Assembly: GCA_002633005.1 (NCBI GenBank)
Contig: NMRA01000570.1
Location: 1-64,000, forward strand
DNA length: 64,000 nucleotides
From: Phoronis australis
Lineage: Eukaryota; Animalia; Phoronida
Direction of reading: 5' to 3'
Part shown: piece by piece, positions 24,002 to 37,049 of the stretch
Layout: the number at the start of each line of letters is the position of its first letter
Numbering within the stretch: position 1 is the stretch's first letter
Position numbers and translations under genes: made by a program
Notes under the pieces: model-generated
What the model was told of the DNA's origin: nothing
Database searches by the model: none
The model's input: the letters and a program-made list of their open reading frames with translations, nothing else

Positions 24002-25948
24002 ATTCGTTACTGTTTCAACCTCTACCAAAAACAGCTGCTGTGCGACGATGGTGTACACTCACAACCACTTGCATTTAAATTGTCGCGTCTGGAAGAAATC
24101 AATACATGAATAATTAGGATTTCGTGATATGTGCCTTGCTTAGCGTTAGTGCGCTTGAGAAAATGCAAATATTCTACAAGATACCATTGGTCGGTTGCAT
24201 GAAACACGTCTGAACCTGACTCAACTACGTTTCTTAATTTTTGCACGATATGTGTGTACTTGTGTCAACGGGCTGTCCTTTCTAATGTTGTTTTATCTTC
24301 ACCACCAAGCCAGTTCTTATTTTTAAAACGCGCAGAAAGAAAACTCTACATTGAAATATTAACATTATAGAAAGAACAAGGACGAAGACTTTGCATGTTT
24401 TCAATAAAAATAAGGTGCCAGTTTCTAGATTAATTATGGATTATTTTAGAGTACGAACAGAGTGATTTCTATTTTAAAAGACGAGTTGAACTGTGCAGAA
24501 GTCCTCTTTTTCGCTTGATTTACATTTTTTCGGGTATACCCATCGATTCTAGACATGCCCTGTATCTCAAACTGATATCAGAACTGAAGTCTCAATGAAA
24601 GGATTGCTTAGAAATTTTGCTTCCGTTGGTATTACAAATGAGAGGAGCCCCGTCCTGATAAAGGTAGTCGTAGTGAACTTCCTACAGACAGTGATCGAAG
24701 AAGCCAGCTCCTTAATGACACGTGAAATCAACGATGGCGATGAGTCCAAATAGTCCATACCACTCGAGTTATCTCTGTTGTGGTATTGAGCAGAAGCAAA
24801 TTTACCTTTCTCGCCACCAAATCTGTCATTGATAAAATATAAGATAGTTGTTAGAAGAATTTAAATTAGACTTTTTAACTGTTGTGTAAATTTCTTCTTC
24901 AAGTCAAAATCATTATTTCATTTGTGCAGTTAGAACTCAAGTCAACTACACTTTCTCAGCCGACCATTATCTTAGCAATATGCATATTAATTTTTAAACT
25001 TTACTCTCATGATCTGTATGTAAACAGTTATGCGGCATCTGTAATAAAATCTCAAGTTGTGACAATGGATAACATATTACATCTTGAATACTTTGAATGT
25101 CAACTTGAACCATGCTATCTAGTGTAGTTGTTTTGGAACTACATTTCTACTAATGTTTTCCATTTGTTATTTGACAATCGGTTCTCCTTGGTGATGTTGG
25201 AAACATGGGTCAAAGACCGCCTACCTAAGTTTTCTTTGAAATGTATGATTATGGAAATAGAAACATTAACATTGTTAATACATTACTGCATTTTTGCTAT
25301 TGCGATTACGATCAATTTGGAATTATTTGTGTAATGAGTGATACGTAGTGTGCATTGAATCCGCATTAGCTCCTGGCTCACATTTCTAAAGACAAATTAA
25401 CATACGTAAGATGCTTTTACATACTGACTGCAGGTACAGGCCCGAGGGAAGCGGGGGGGGGGTACATGTACGTGCCCCCACCTTCAATTATTTGTTTGCG
25501 TCTGAGTGAAAACCTCGTGGTAACCGGCATAGGTGTATGTTGATGGAAGAAGCCAGTAGCTTCTAACAAATGTCACACTCTTTGATTGATTCATTAACTG
25601 TTGCACTGATTTAGTCGACTCTCTATTTACTCAGTTTCTGATGCCTCTGTATAACTGCTGGTTATCTATCTGCTCACACTGTGACTTACTCTCACTAACC
25701 CATGCCTATTATTTGTAGTCTCTTGCCATGTTCAAACATTTCACCAATGCAAGCATACCCTAGAAAATTCTAGAATCTATCCAGCCATTCTACGTGACAG
25801 GTTCGGTACTGTACCCGATTAGTTCTACTAACATTAATGGCTATTATCTTGAAATCTACTAGAATGTTTTCAAGTAGTCTGCTCGTAACAATCGCATAAC
25901 TACAGGCCTGACATAGCAATGTCTGATAAATCAAACGCTAACCGTTAG

Positions 25949-26315
25949 TAAATACACAAAACGTACCGAGAGTGGTGTATGTGAAGTAAAATCCCACGAG
26001 ACATTATTCCGCGTATCGACCTCGACCTTCGGTCTCGACCTTCTTTCTCGACCTTCGGTCTCCCCCTTCGGTCTCCCCCTTTGGTCTCCCCCTTCGGTCT
26101 CCCCCTTCGGTCTCCACCTTCGGTCTCTCCCTTCGGTCTCCCCCTTCGGTCTCCCCCTTCGGTCTCCCCCTTCGGTCTCCCCCTTCGGTCTCCCCCTTCG
26201 GTCTCCCCCTTCGGTCTCCACCTTCGGTTTCCACTTTCGGTCTCGATCGATACGCGGAATGATGTCGACGGGGGCATTACTTCATGTACACCAGTCGAGG
26301 TACGTTATGTGTTTA
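25949..26315. mobile_element. Foldback element: about 70-bp imperfect TIRs enclosing a 13-bp tandem array
   Basis: Left taaatacacaaaacgtacc...acattattccgcgtatcga pairs with right tcgatacgcggaatgatgt...ggtacgttatgtgttta. Confidence 0.75.
26020..26245. repeat. 13-bp minisatellite (TTCGGTCTCCCCC)n, about 17 copies
   Basis: Read directly. It explains the RRGRPKGETEGGD ORFs seen in all three minus frames. Confidence 0.95.
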
Positions 26316-29300
26316 TCCCATACGCTTCGAATTCCTAAGTTTTGTCATTTTTCCGTAGAATTTTTAACTACTTCACTCATGCTGTTCACGTGGCATTATG
26401 AACGGTAGTCCGGCTGTTCTATTCATTTATCCCATACGCGTTGAATCTGTCGGGGGAAATACGGCCATATAATAATGTTTTCCGTATTCAACTCCCGCAC
26501 TACTTCAACAGTGACCTCTGACATAAAAAGTTCAAATGGTAGGGCATTGTCGACTCGATGTAGATAACCGGTTAGATCATCCACTTTCGGAAAATAGTTT
26601 AAAGTAATACAATTGTAGCAATGCAAGTAACACTCAACATGCAATCAGGTCTCAATCGTAAAATATGGAACAGGAATCTTTTCATTTGGAAATCGCGTAA
26701 CGGTTCTTTCCTAAAAGTTCAATTGAAGCTCTGAAGGAATATTTCTGAGACTTTGGCTGTAAATGTAATATTTTCCCAAACAAAAGAGTAAATTAATTAT
26801 ACCCCTTCCATTCCGTTTACCAAAGAAAACATCTATTGACGAGAGAATTTTATTAAATAAATTTAAATTTTTCAAAATAGCCATTGGAGTATAACAGACA
26901 AGAACGTTTTCGACGAATTCGAATCTCAGTAGAGATGAGTAATATTTTCTATCTTTTTTACAAAATGTGTAAAGGTCTGACTAATGTGGATATCAATTTT
27001 GACCAGAAAGTAAAGTCGTTTATGGCGACAACTCGATGTAAAAACCTTTCTGAAACCACTGTCTCTTGAATCATAAACAAGGAGCAAGCATAGACTTCCC
27101 TCCCCCATTTTTATGAATCAAGAGCAGTAATTTCTTGTTTCCATTTTAGCTCATGTTGTTCTTCTGTAATTATCTTCAATTAACTGAGAGTGTATACATT
27201 TATTCGCGATATTTTCTAATACGTTGGGGGAAATTTGAATGCGCTTGCAGAAATCTTCATTTCTCTGAAATTTTTACTAAAATGAAAAAAATTGAGCATA
27301 AGTCCATAAAAATCGTAAGTGGTGGAGATAAACCATACTTGCTATAAAATGATGCGTAAGACATAAAAAGCCAGCATGAGTCAACCAAATCATTAATACA
27401 AGGAAAATACTTTTTTATACCAGCACTTATTAATAGTTATATTGTTATAACGTCAGAATGGCTGATACTGAGTGTATTCATCATTCTCAGTGTTCCGAAT
27501 GTTTGGGCAAAGTAAGCAAACACATCAGACCAAAATAAACTTGTCATTTCCTGTGAACACATATTGCATTGAATGCATCTCCAAAATGTAAAAAGTTGTG
27601 AGCGCACAATAAGTGATGTTGCAACAGCATTTTTTCCGAAAACCTCATTGGTTGAAATAAATCTGTCGTGGAACACTGTATAGCTTAAGAAATTGATAAA
27701 ATATTCAGTACGAATCGTTTTACCGTCTCGTTGTGAAAAGTTTTATGTCCTTTCAGTTCTCATTATTCTATCATTCTTGCCACGGCTAACAAACCTGAAA
27801 AACGATAGTCCAAAACTCTTAATTGAGTGCGTGGGTGGCGATGGCAGAGCGAGGAGCAAATAAGCCAGCTTAGGTAACACAAGAGCCTTAATTACAGAAC
27901 ATTTTCCAAGACATGTTAATGATCTTCTAGATCAGTTCATTACTTCTTGAACAGTTAATTTGTTGCGAACCATTCACAAATTGTTGTTAGTTTTATAAGC
28001 ATGCAGTTGTGTCAGTTTTCCAAATGTGGTCATTTTTGGATTGTGTAAACTGACCTATCCGTGTGGCATCAAAATATATATTAATTATAGTCCGGATACC
28101 TATCGTCGTCAGGCTCCAAAGGTCGTCCGCCATCTTCTTTTGCGTGCAGCGCAGCCACGCGGGACTTAGCGTTCCAATCTAGAGTGCTCGCCTGTACGTT
28201 AGGTACTAACCTCTCTGGAGAAACACGCATGGAAGAACTGAGACGAAAATCGGTGTATTTATCGTCTGTTTTTTGAGACCACTTAAAAACTTGTAGATTT
28301 TACGAATGCACTTTTTTGTTCATTTTCAGAAGATAATTTCGAAATTAAATTTTCTTCAGACGGAACAAAAAGGAACTCAGGGATTGTTTATGCAATGTAC
28401 CTATTTGTCTCAGGCACTAACCGACACCTGTTAGGCCAAAGGAAAAAGGCAGCATACAAATGGAACACGCTGGGGGCTTAACAGTTTCGACCCACGCCTT
28501 GGTCATCAAAATATTATCCACTTGTGTTTTTTATTGCAAAACAAAGTACTGAGCTCAACATTTATGTTGAAATTGTTGGTTAAAGCATTTTTAATTTATT
28601 TGAAGAAAATTAAAATACTTGAATTGATAGATAATGGCCACCAATAAAGTAAAACATTGACTTTATTTCACTACATTGTATTGTTACATACAACACAGCA
28701 TGGCATAATCAAAAATAAAAGAAGAGATTGAGCAATAAAATTCAAATGCGACTTGGGTATTTATTTATTTATTTATCCTGTTAAAGATGAGAAAAAAATC
28801 AAACAATACGATTATGGGTAATTTATTAGAACAATTGTATCGAGGTTCAATGATCAACTTCCGCCGACCAAGTCTCAAAGGGTTACAGTTCTCTTTTGGC
28901 TGACAAGGTGTTAACAGAGAATGAAGAGAAACTGAAAAGAAAGAGGACAGAAGAGATAAGTGGTGTTAAGAACAACAAGAGCAAAAAATCAAATAAAGAC
29001 TTCACAAATACAAAATAAGTAAGGTCTATCTGGAATAAAACAATTGCGATTTATTTTCCAGAACTGAAATTCTATATCAAATTTTAATCGATTTAAAAAT
29101 CGATATCATACTAGTAAAACAGTTTGTGGTTGAAGTAGAGTTGCTGTAAACCACTTTTCACTATTTTCTTGGCCTTTTTCTGTGTGGTTTTCTGTTCTTT
29201 CAAAAGGCGGCAGCATATGACGACCATAGGATTCATTATAAAATGGCTGCCGAAAAGCAATACACAGTTGAACAACTCTGCATAAGTAAAAGAAAACGTT

Positions 29301-30643
29301 TGAATCAACGAATACTATATATTTGTGAGAGTTAAATCAAATCCTATTCAGAGCATAACTTTGAAGTGGAATAATTGGGCGAGTACGACAACAAGCCGGT
29401 TTTATGCTTAGGCGGACGACCATTGGGTTCCCGAGTATACATCTTACATCTTATTCGTGATCCTCCTCACACTGGTAATAGTAATCGATATGCGCCAAAC
29501 TGCACGCTCGTTCACGTGGATTAATTTACTTAAATACAATATAATTTGTCATTTACCGCCACAGTGTGGTAATAAGTGTTTATTTAGACCACTTCACAGT
29601 TTATAAGTCTGATCTTGTTCCGCGCAACGATTCGAACTGATTTCAGGGACCCGGTTTCGCAGGCGCTCGAATTTCCGGATGACTCATAAGCATATATAAG
29701 AAACATGTTTTCTTAGTAGTGAGTGACGTCAGTGATAATCGAGGAACAGATAAACTCAAGCGCCTGTGGTCAGTTTGTGCTAAAGAATACTCCTTCCGCT
29801 TCATTTTAGTTAAAAGCTCCTTAAAACGGGAACTTACTGTAAGGCAGGACAGTTGAAGCTTAAATCCCGATAATGTTTATTCAACACAACGTCAAATATT
29901 TTCAAACTTATCTGACTTTAATACGAATTTTTCGTTTAATTTTTATTTTTGGTGATGCACCACCCCCTAAAATGGCCGCCGTAGTGAGTGACAGATAACT
30001 CATGAATTATGGGTACTCGCTGAACTGCTGTATTGTGTATTGTATTTGCGGAAACGCCACCACTGTTTAAATAAAGCAAATATAAACAGGGGTGAAAATT
30101 ACGAAATGTTTCTATTTTAGTATTATCTTTCGGCTGACGAAACTCATTTTCTGTTTTAAATTGGTGAGTGTAAAGTAAAGAGTGTATGAGAAAATCATGC
30201 AATGTGGGAATTTTCAGGAACATCGATGTTAACCAATTTAAGTGAGCATTTTCTACTTTTTAGAGATTTTCTTTTCAAGAAAAGTAAAATTTTACGCCTA
30301 GTGTTACTACTCACTGACTTAAGAGGCAAACGTAGGAAATCCCATCCATATGCCAAAGTGTTACCATGCAATAGAGTCAGTTGCGATTTGGACGGCTCCC
30401 TCATTCTTTTAAATCAAACGTTAATCAATAGTATTTTGATTAGGTCTAATAACATAAAAAACGACGGCTGATAAGAGTTCATAAATGTTTCACAAACTTA
30501 ACTCTGCAGCTCTTTTGGCGCGCACTACCACAGGTAAATCGTTAAACGACTCTAACTAACAACATATGAATGCTTACATTTTGATGCTTCTACACGATAA
30601 GTGCCTGACACCCACCTTCCAAAAATAGTGCAACACAATAAAT

Positions 30644-30865
30644 TCATTTTTGTCTACGAAATGCACGATTCTTCAAAATTAGCTGAGCACAGGCCCTGAA
30701 CTGATCGCTTGCCCCATCTCGTGCTGCCACACCCGTGTCCGATACACGAACCTGTTGCCCTTTCTTTGCAATCTTAGGGTCTTTTGGAAATACAAAAACT
30801 GAAATATTGTCTGTCCGATTGCTAGTACTGCATCTTCCACACACGCACCTTTTCATAGCACTCAA
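30644..30865 (-). pseudogene. Degenerate THAP fragment upstream of and antisense to the LRR gene
   Basis: Counterpart of 22424-22645; the conserved Trp is changed to Gly. Confidence 0.5.
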
Positions 30866-31365
30866 TGTTCAACTCTTTTCGAGTCCACTCCTGCTCACGA
30901 CTGGTGTACTTAGAACACATAATGGAGGAAACTGGAGAGCTCTGATGACATCAGACACATTTTTTATTTTTTATGTTTTCGTTTATTTCTTGATTACAAG
31001 CACATAAATTGAATAAGAAATGCTTAACTATCGTGCCAAAATTGTTGGTAACCGAACTCAAGCATTTATGACCATAGTGTGAAGTGTGTAAGATCACTTT
31101 CTTGAAACTGACAAATTTAAGTTTTATCTTAAAATTGACTAAAATTTAAGATTTGTCTTAGGTAAGTCAATTTTTTTCGGTACGAGCCCCAGGTTCAAAA
31201 CGTTAGATTACGTGACAGCTGCCTGTTGAGACTCGGAATAGTTGACTCGATTCTTTTATTTTTTGTTATATCCCAGGCATTTAGAAGATGGCACGTGTTA
31301 ACAGTGTTAACTGGCATGAGAGGCGTGACAACTGTTACAGACTCTAGTCTGCGTAGAAACTGTGG

Positions 31366-34188
31366 ATGAGTGGAGTTCGTACGAGGATCATTTCCCCTGC
31401 AATGGCTGTGACGAGAGGACTTATGTTCCTGTTGGCGACGCTTAGTACTATTTTGTGGACAGTTTCTTCCAATATCTGTGTGCAGCGGAGAGCAAAGGTC
31501 TTGACCAGTGAGGAAACGCTAAACTTGGTAAACGTCGCAACTGTGGACTTGTGGAACTGTGGAATCTATCAGATTCGGAGTGACGCTTTCACTCATTTGT
31601 CACAAGTGAAACAACTAATTCTTGGAAAGAATCTGTTATCTGGTTTCGCCGAAAGACTCTTTTCTGTTTTAACTGAATTGAAGACGTTGGATTTGAGGGA
31701 CAACAGAATAAGTGAATTGACAAGCAAAACTTTTTCTGGCTTGGTTAACTTGGAATATCTGGATCTCAGAAGTAATCGCTTATCATTTTTGTCAAAAGAC
31801 GTGTTTGCAGAAACGCCTGTGATAAAAGTGTTGGATTTGACGTATAACAATATTGCTTCGCTGGATGGCAATTCTTTTGGCGATAGCTTGCAAAGTCTTG
31901 AAAGATTAGATATTGGAAACAATGTCATTTCTTGGATAGCAAATGGGACGTTTAGGTGCTTGAACAGTTTGTTAAGTCTTCAGCTCGAAAACAACCATTT
32001 AAGAGCAGTGCACAAGAATGTTTTTGACGGGCTGGAAAATTTAAAAACTTTAATTTTGAGAAACAATTCTATAAGCGTGGTTCGTGGCCTGGTGCTCGCT
32101 AGTACGGAATACTTGGATTTGCGGCAAAACAATTTGGGGGTAGTTGAAGCCGCGTTTTTCCTATCCAATCAAACAGTGCGTGTTGATCTGTCATTTAACA
32201 AAGTTTCAAAATTTGAAAACGGTGCATTTTTTACTCTCTCGTCTGTTAAATGGCTTATGCTACGCGGAAACTGGCTGCCCCTGGTGAAGAAAGACACGTT
32301 CATTTATCTGGAATCATTGCAAACTCTTAGTCTGTCAGCCAACAGAATAGAAGAAATAGAAGAAAAGTCGTTTTATCATATGAGAGATCTGTTGAATTTA
32401 TTCCTATCTTATAACCGAATTACTGTCTTGAAGCGCGGGACATTTGTAGGTCTAACAAAAATACGCAAACTGTATCTACACTTCAACTGCATACATTCAC
32501 TTGGATACCGAACTTTTGAAGACTTAACGAGTCTCACAATTCTTGGCTTGCGTGGCAATAAAATTAAGGCGATAAATTCTGTAGATTTCATGGGCCCAAA
32601 ACGTCTCATGCGCTTAGAAATGGACGGTAATGAAGTTGGTGCGCTGGACATTTTTACCCCTATTAACTGTGATGATGTCATTTTGGAAGTAACTAATGTG
32701 AACTTAACATTTAACTTGTCATATCTCACAAATGTCAGAAAACTGAAGCTGAAAGGAAACTTTGAACAATTTAAAATTTCACAAACGTTTGTTTGGAATT
32801 TTTGGAACATCATAAACCTTGACCTATCGTGGTGTAACATTTCTGACCTTAGTGATCAACCTTTCCAGTTGCTTCATCGGCTTAAGTTTCTTGTTCTCGC
32901 TAGAAATAAATTGAAATACATATCTGACTTCATGCTTGAAGGACTCGGATCTCTAATGAGTTTAAGCCTGTCGCACAACGAGATTGTGTCCCTTTCAAGA
33001 AATGCCTTTAGTGAACTGAAGTTACTTAGAGTGCTCCATCTTACAGGAAACGGGATAGTGCACATTAGTAATAACATGTTACCAAGTAACATCGTACGAC
33101 TTGAAATAGAGAATAACAATATCGAAAACTTGGCCATCGCCAAAATAATCACGTTAACGTTACTGGACTTAAGCTATAACAACCTTGGTTCTGTAACAAA
33201 CAATACACTCTCAGGACTGCCGAATATTCGTACGTTACATATGGCATATGCCCAAATTGAGCACATAGATGAACATGCCTTTGATCGGTTGATTTTTCTA
33301 CGGTATCTTCGTCTGTCTGGAAATAGAATTCGAACAGTAAGTCAGTATTTGTTTCGTTCTCTTGCGTCGTTGGGACATCTTGAAATGGATAATTGTGGCA
33401 TAACAGGAATTGAGGATGGGATCATGAATCTACTGACCAGCTTGCGATACTTCAATCTTCGTAATAACAGTATAAAAGTTTTACCACTAGATATATTGCG
33501 AAAGGTAGCTAGCCGAGAAAAGCGGCTAGAACTGTTTGTATCTAGCAATCCACTGCACTGCAACTGCTTGGTCTATCCCTTACAGCTTTGGGTCTACTAC
33601 TACTACAGAAATCCCAGACTCACATATGACATCCCTACATGCGATTCTCCCAATATAACTCGCCCTACCATTGAATCTTTCTTATCCCTTGATGTTGTAT
33701 GTCGTTCGCTCAGTTATCCGGTAATAGAAGTCAAACATAACGACAAGAAGGTGCTCATCCAGTGCACGTCTTATGGAGATCCACCTCCAAGTATAGTAAT
33801 CAAAGACCCTGGAGGAAATGACATTAATTGTTCTTCTCAAATCAATTTTACCGAAGCCAAATCGGTCGGAGTTTCGAATATTCCTGCAGACAATTTTCTT
33901 GAGGGCAACTACAGCTGTACAGCTTCAAATGTTATGATGCAGTTAACAAGTGCAAAGCTCATTAAAGGTGAAAAGAAAAGTGAGGTTGAGCAAGTCGACA
34001 CAAGTCGCAGTGGCTTGCCTTCCGAAGTGTATCTGATCGGAGGGATTGCGGGTGGTTTGGTAGCGTGTGCAGTAGCTTTAGGTGTCGTTTTGTCGGTCTA
34101 CATCTTACGTCGATACAACGCCCCGTCCAACGAGTCCAGTACTGATGGTGTGACAAATCAGGGTGAACTTGCAGACACTCGAATTTAA
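31366..34188 (+). CDS. Single-exon LRR-Ig-TM type I membrane protein (LIG-like, 940 aa)
   Basis: Signal peptide, more than 20 LxxLxLxxN repeats, LRRCT (NPLHCNC...C...C), Ig domain (IQCTSYGDPPP...GNYSCTASN), TM helix (LIGGIAGGLVACAVALGVVLSVYIL) and a tail of about 27 aa with no TIR. The start may be the second Met. Confidence 0.93.
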   Translation: MSGVRTRIISPAMAVTRGLMFLLATLSTILWTVSSNICVQRRAKVLTSEETLNLVNVATVDLWNCGIYQIRSDAFTHLSQVKQLILGKNLLSGFAERLFSVLTELKTLDLRDNRISELTSKTFSGLVNLEYLDLRSNRLSFLSKDVFAETPVIKVLDLTYNNIASLDGNSFGDSLQSLERLDIGNNVISWIANGTFRCLNSLLSLQLENNHLRAVHKNVFDGLENLKTLILRNNSISVVRGLVLASTEYLDLRQNNLGVVEAAFFLSNQTVRVDLSFNKVSKFENGAFFTLSSVKWLMLRGNWLPLVKKDTFIYLESLQTLSLSANRIEEIEEKSFYHMRDLLNLFLSYNRITVLKRGTFVGLTKIRKLYLHFNCIHSLGYRTFEDLTSLTILGLRGNKIKAINSVDFMGPKRLMRLEMDGNEVGALDIFTPINCDDVILEVTNVNLTFNLSYLTNVRKLKLKGNFEQFKISQTFVWNFWNIINLDLSWCNISDLSDQPFQLLHRLKFLVLARNKLKYISDFMLEGLGSLMSLSLSHNEIVSLSRNAFSELKLLRVLHLTGNGIVHISNNMLPSNIVRLEIENNNIENLAIAKIITLTLLDLSYNNLGSVTNNTLSGLPNIRTLHMAYAQIEHIDEHAFDRLIFLRYLRLSGNRIRTVSQYLFRSLASLGHLEMDNCGITGIEDGIMNLLTSLRYFNLRNNSIKVLPLDILRKVASREKRLELFVSSNPLHCNCLVYPLQLWVYYYYRNPRLTYDIPTCDSPNITRPTIESFLSLDVVCRSLSYPVIEVKHNDKKVLIQCTSYGDPPPSIVIKDPGGNDINCSSQINFTEAKSVGVSNIPADNFLEGNYSCTASNVMMQLTSAKLIKGEKKSEVEQVDTSRSGLPSEVYLIGGIAGGLVACAVALGVVLSVYILRRYNAPSNESSTDGVTNQGELADTRI

Positions 34189-37049
34189 TACATTTGACAT
34201 ATGTATCTTTGAATGTATGTTTTTCATTGATCCTCATGATTACTTTATGAATGAATTGTAAATTTGTTGTTTTCTGTAGTAATAAAGATCACAGCACGGC
34301 AAAATCTTACATTAGAGCTAACTGTACGTTCACTTCAACAGACAACCACTGGAATATTTCAAAGTTAACGTTAACTTGTATTCTTTTTAAAGATTCATTG
34401 AGGCAGGTCCCCATACCTATGTGCGAATGGAATATACTGGCGTTCATGCTCTCGTTGTATATGTATGCACTTTTGGAACATGTGCTCATGTCTTCAACAA
34501 TCGCTACGGGAACACCAATTTAGGAAAAAAATACATTGTCGCGTTTCCCCCCGTGGATGGATGGGTATAGATTGTCACTGATCAGTACTAGTAGCTCTCA
34601 GTGCGACGATAAAGTAAAATCATTTTATAACGTACATAAATCCACTCAAAGAAAACGTCCGTCGTAATGTTTGTTCCAATGTTCGAGTTAATGTTGGGAA
34701 GTCTTGACTTGTGCATGGTGAACTCCTGAGTTTTTTACTTTTCAAGAATGGTCGCAGGACGTCAGGAGAGGAAATTGTTGATGGACGAGAGGACCACAGG
34801 TTGACGAAATTGAATTCATGTGTTGAATAGGCCCCACCTTTCTATTGCCCTGAAAAGGGATGAAAATCGACGAAAACTAATCCAGAATAGCGGTCCGCTT
34901 TTGTCCTCCCTTTTCCTGCTATTTACTTCATAATTCATACTTTGTCATGCTTTTTGTTTACAAAACATAACCGCCTTCGTCATACTATTTCAGTTCAAAC
35001 GGCTTGTAAACCCAAATCCATCACTTGTTCAGTAAACATCAAAACCGTTGAGGTATTTGTCATTAAAAATAGTTTTATATATAACCACTAGATGGCTATG
35101 TGATACTTTAAACTCGGCTTTGGCCCATCAACAGAAACCAAAAACGACTTTCCCAAGCAGTTTTATGAAACACTATAATGCTCTGTAACCCTTGACAACC
35201 CTAAAAAGATAGGAGGAAAATTTGAAAACTCCTTTCGAAGTCTGCTCAACGGGCAAGCGTGACCTACGCTTTTAGCGAATTACACGGCAACTGTGGGAGA
35301 AGACACCCACCAAGGACCATAATGTTCAATCTGTGACCTAGGGAGCATGAGTTTTGAGTTGATTCTTGCCTTTAACTTGAATGATTGACGCCATTGATGC
35401 AATTAGCAGGTGACAGAGCGAGGTTTGGTGGAAATCATCAAAACAGGATTTAGTATCGTTTTAAATACGTCATCTAAAATGCCCAAGACAATACTAGTCT
35501 TATTATCAATAATAACGCATTGGACTTGAAAATTTTGTCATTATTCACCAAATCCCTTGGCAAATTACACAATATCTTTTTACATTTGAAAAATACACCT
35601 TTGAGTGAAGTGGGGACTGTTAAGTTGTCGGGTCAAAGCAATCACACAACCCTTTTAAAGCTCCTACAGCCCCGAGCCAAGTGCCTACGGTAACGCCTTC
35701 GCTCCCGTAGCATCCCCTTGGCTACAGGCATGCAAATTTGCTTAGAGACTACGGTAAAAATAGGTTGTCAATTCCAGGTTTTACATCTACCATTTATTTC
35801 TTTAAATATTTGGTCTACTGTAGTATCCTTTTCATGTTGTGAAGTTAGATCTAAAGTTGTAAAATTAAAATAGGTTTCATCCTACCTATCGCAATCCTGC
35901 CCTTCCCGTTACTGGATCCATCCTTTCCATCTGGAGGCCTGTCGTTTTCATATGAAGGCCCGATCTTCCAATCAGAAGTTCTGTCCTTCCATTCACCGTC
36001 GCCAATTTTTATGCCAAAACATTAACTAGTGAATTAAGACAACTCTGCATCTACAAAATTGGCCTCTCCTTGTAATTCAAATCTACTCCAGACTGCAAGT
36101 GATTTTCGAGCTCGTGTCCTAGAGTCTGTTGTCAATAAAAGGGCAACTTTTTCTGAGCGTTTTTAAATGCTCGCTATCCACACGTATCATTTCAAAAAGT
36201 TCTCCGTCTTTGTTCGAATATAATAACTACCCACGTCTTGACCAAGGCTTCGGTATTTTTATCTAGTCTAAGCCTGAGTGGCATTATAGATAATGGGGAT
36301 TTGGCAAAACTTGTTTCCTGCATCATCAAACATCTTTGGGATGACCATGTCGTGCCTAGGGGCTTCACGAGGATTTCTTCATTTTGGCCATCATATCTGA
36401 CTCCAATGACTTTAACTAACACATGGCCCTGAGAGCTTAGGTTCTAAGAATATGTGCCTAAGAATCAAACACTTCGCAGCGTTCCAATCTATGGACACAT
36501 GGCATGTCTGGGGGAAATCGGCAGATCATACATCAAAGTGTAGTTTTTCTAATGTGCTTTAAAAACCAGGAAGATTAGAAGACTTCAACCGTGAGGGATT
36601 CTTCTGCGAGGGGTCCATATAAGTCGTAATCGGGTTATAAGTTCAATGAGTCCGGTACGGCCTAAGCACGCCCATTTTACCGCAAATGTGAATTGTGGGA
36701 CAATTTCCTTTACAAATGAATTTCAAGAGCAAGCCATAAAGTGTTCAGAGACACGAGGCAGTTTTTGTGAAGACACATTGTCTTTCGCTACGTCCCTTTT
36801 CAATATCAATTTTTCGACTAGGTGGATAAGTAGAACGGTATATACACTGGAGTTAACATGCAACCGACCACTTAATGACATCTATTGTGCGGCAAACTAG
36901 AACGCGTTAATTAAATTGTGATACCTACAAAGATTAACATTTGATGTTAATTCAGTTCATTACAACACACGATCTTCTTGTGGTAGAAACACCTTTAAAA
37001 TCAATAGGTTTATCATTCGGTTAGTGAATTCGTATCGAATGCCGTTAGG

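Larger units (their letters stand above)
20265..33025. repeat. Long inverted repeat: arms 20265-22880 and 30409-33025 (about 2.6 kb each), spacer about 7.5 kb
   Basis: Arms are colinear reverse complements, covering about 950 bp of upstream sequence and the first 1.66 kb of the LRR CDS. Both inner ends fall at TTAA. Confidence 0.92.

Noticed and set aside
24554-24753. Possible orphan terminal exon on + (TCPVSQTDIRTEVSMKGLL...ESK*)
   Set aside because: No recognisable motif and no partner exons.
25931-26338. Repetitive ORFs (RRGRPKGETEGGD) resembling AT-hook or collagen-like proteins
   Set aside because: They are translations of a 13-bp satellite, open in all frames, with no splice context.
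29900-30408. Possible LINE remnants (also about 35250-36900 and 40600-40830)
   Set aside because: No reverse-transcriptase or endonuclease motif could be read with confidence.
31593-33563. Antisense ORFs over the LRR gene and its copy
   Set aside because: Shadow ORFs of the Leu/Asn-rich sense frame.
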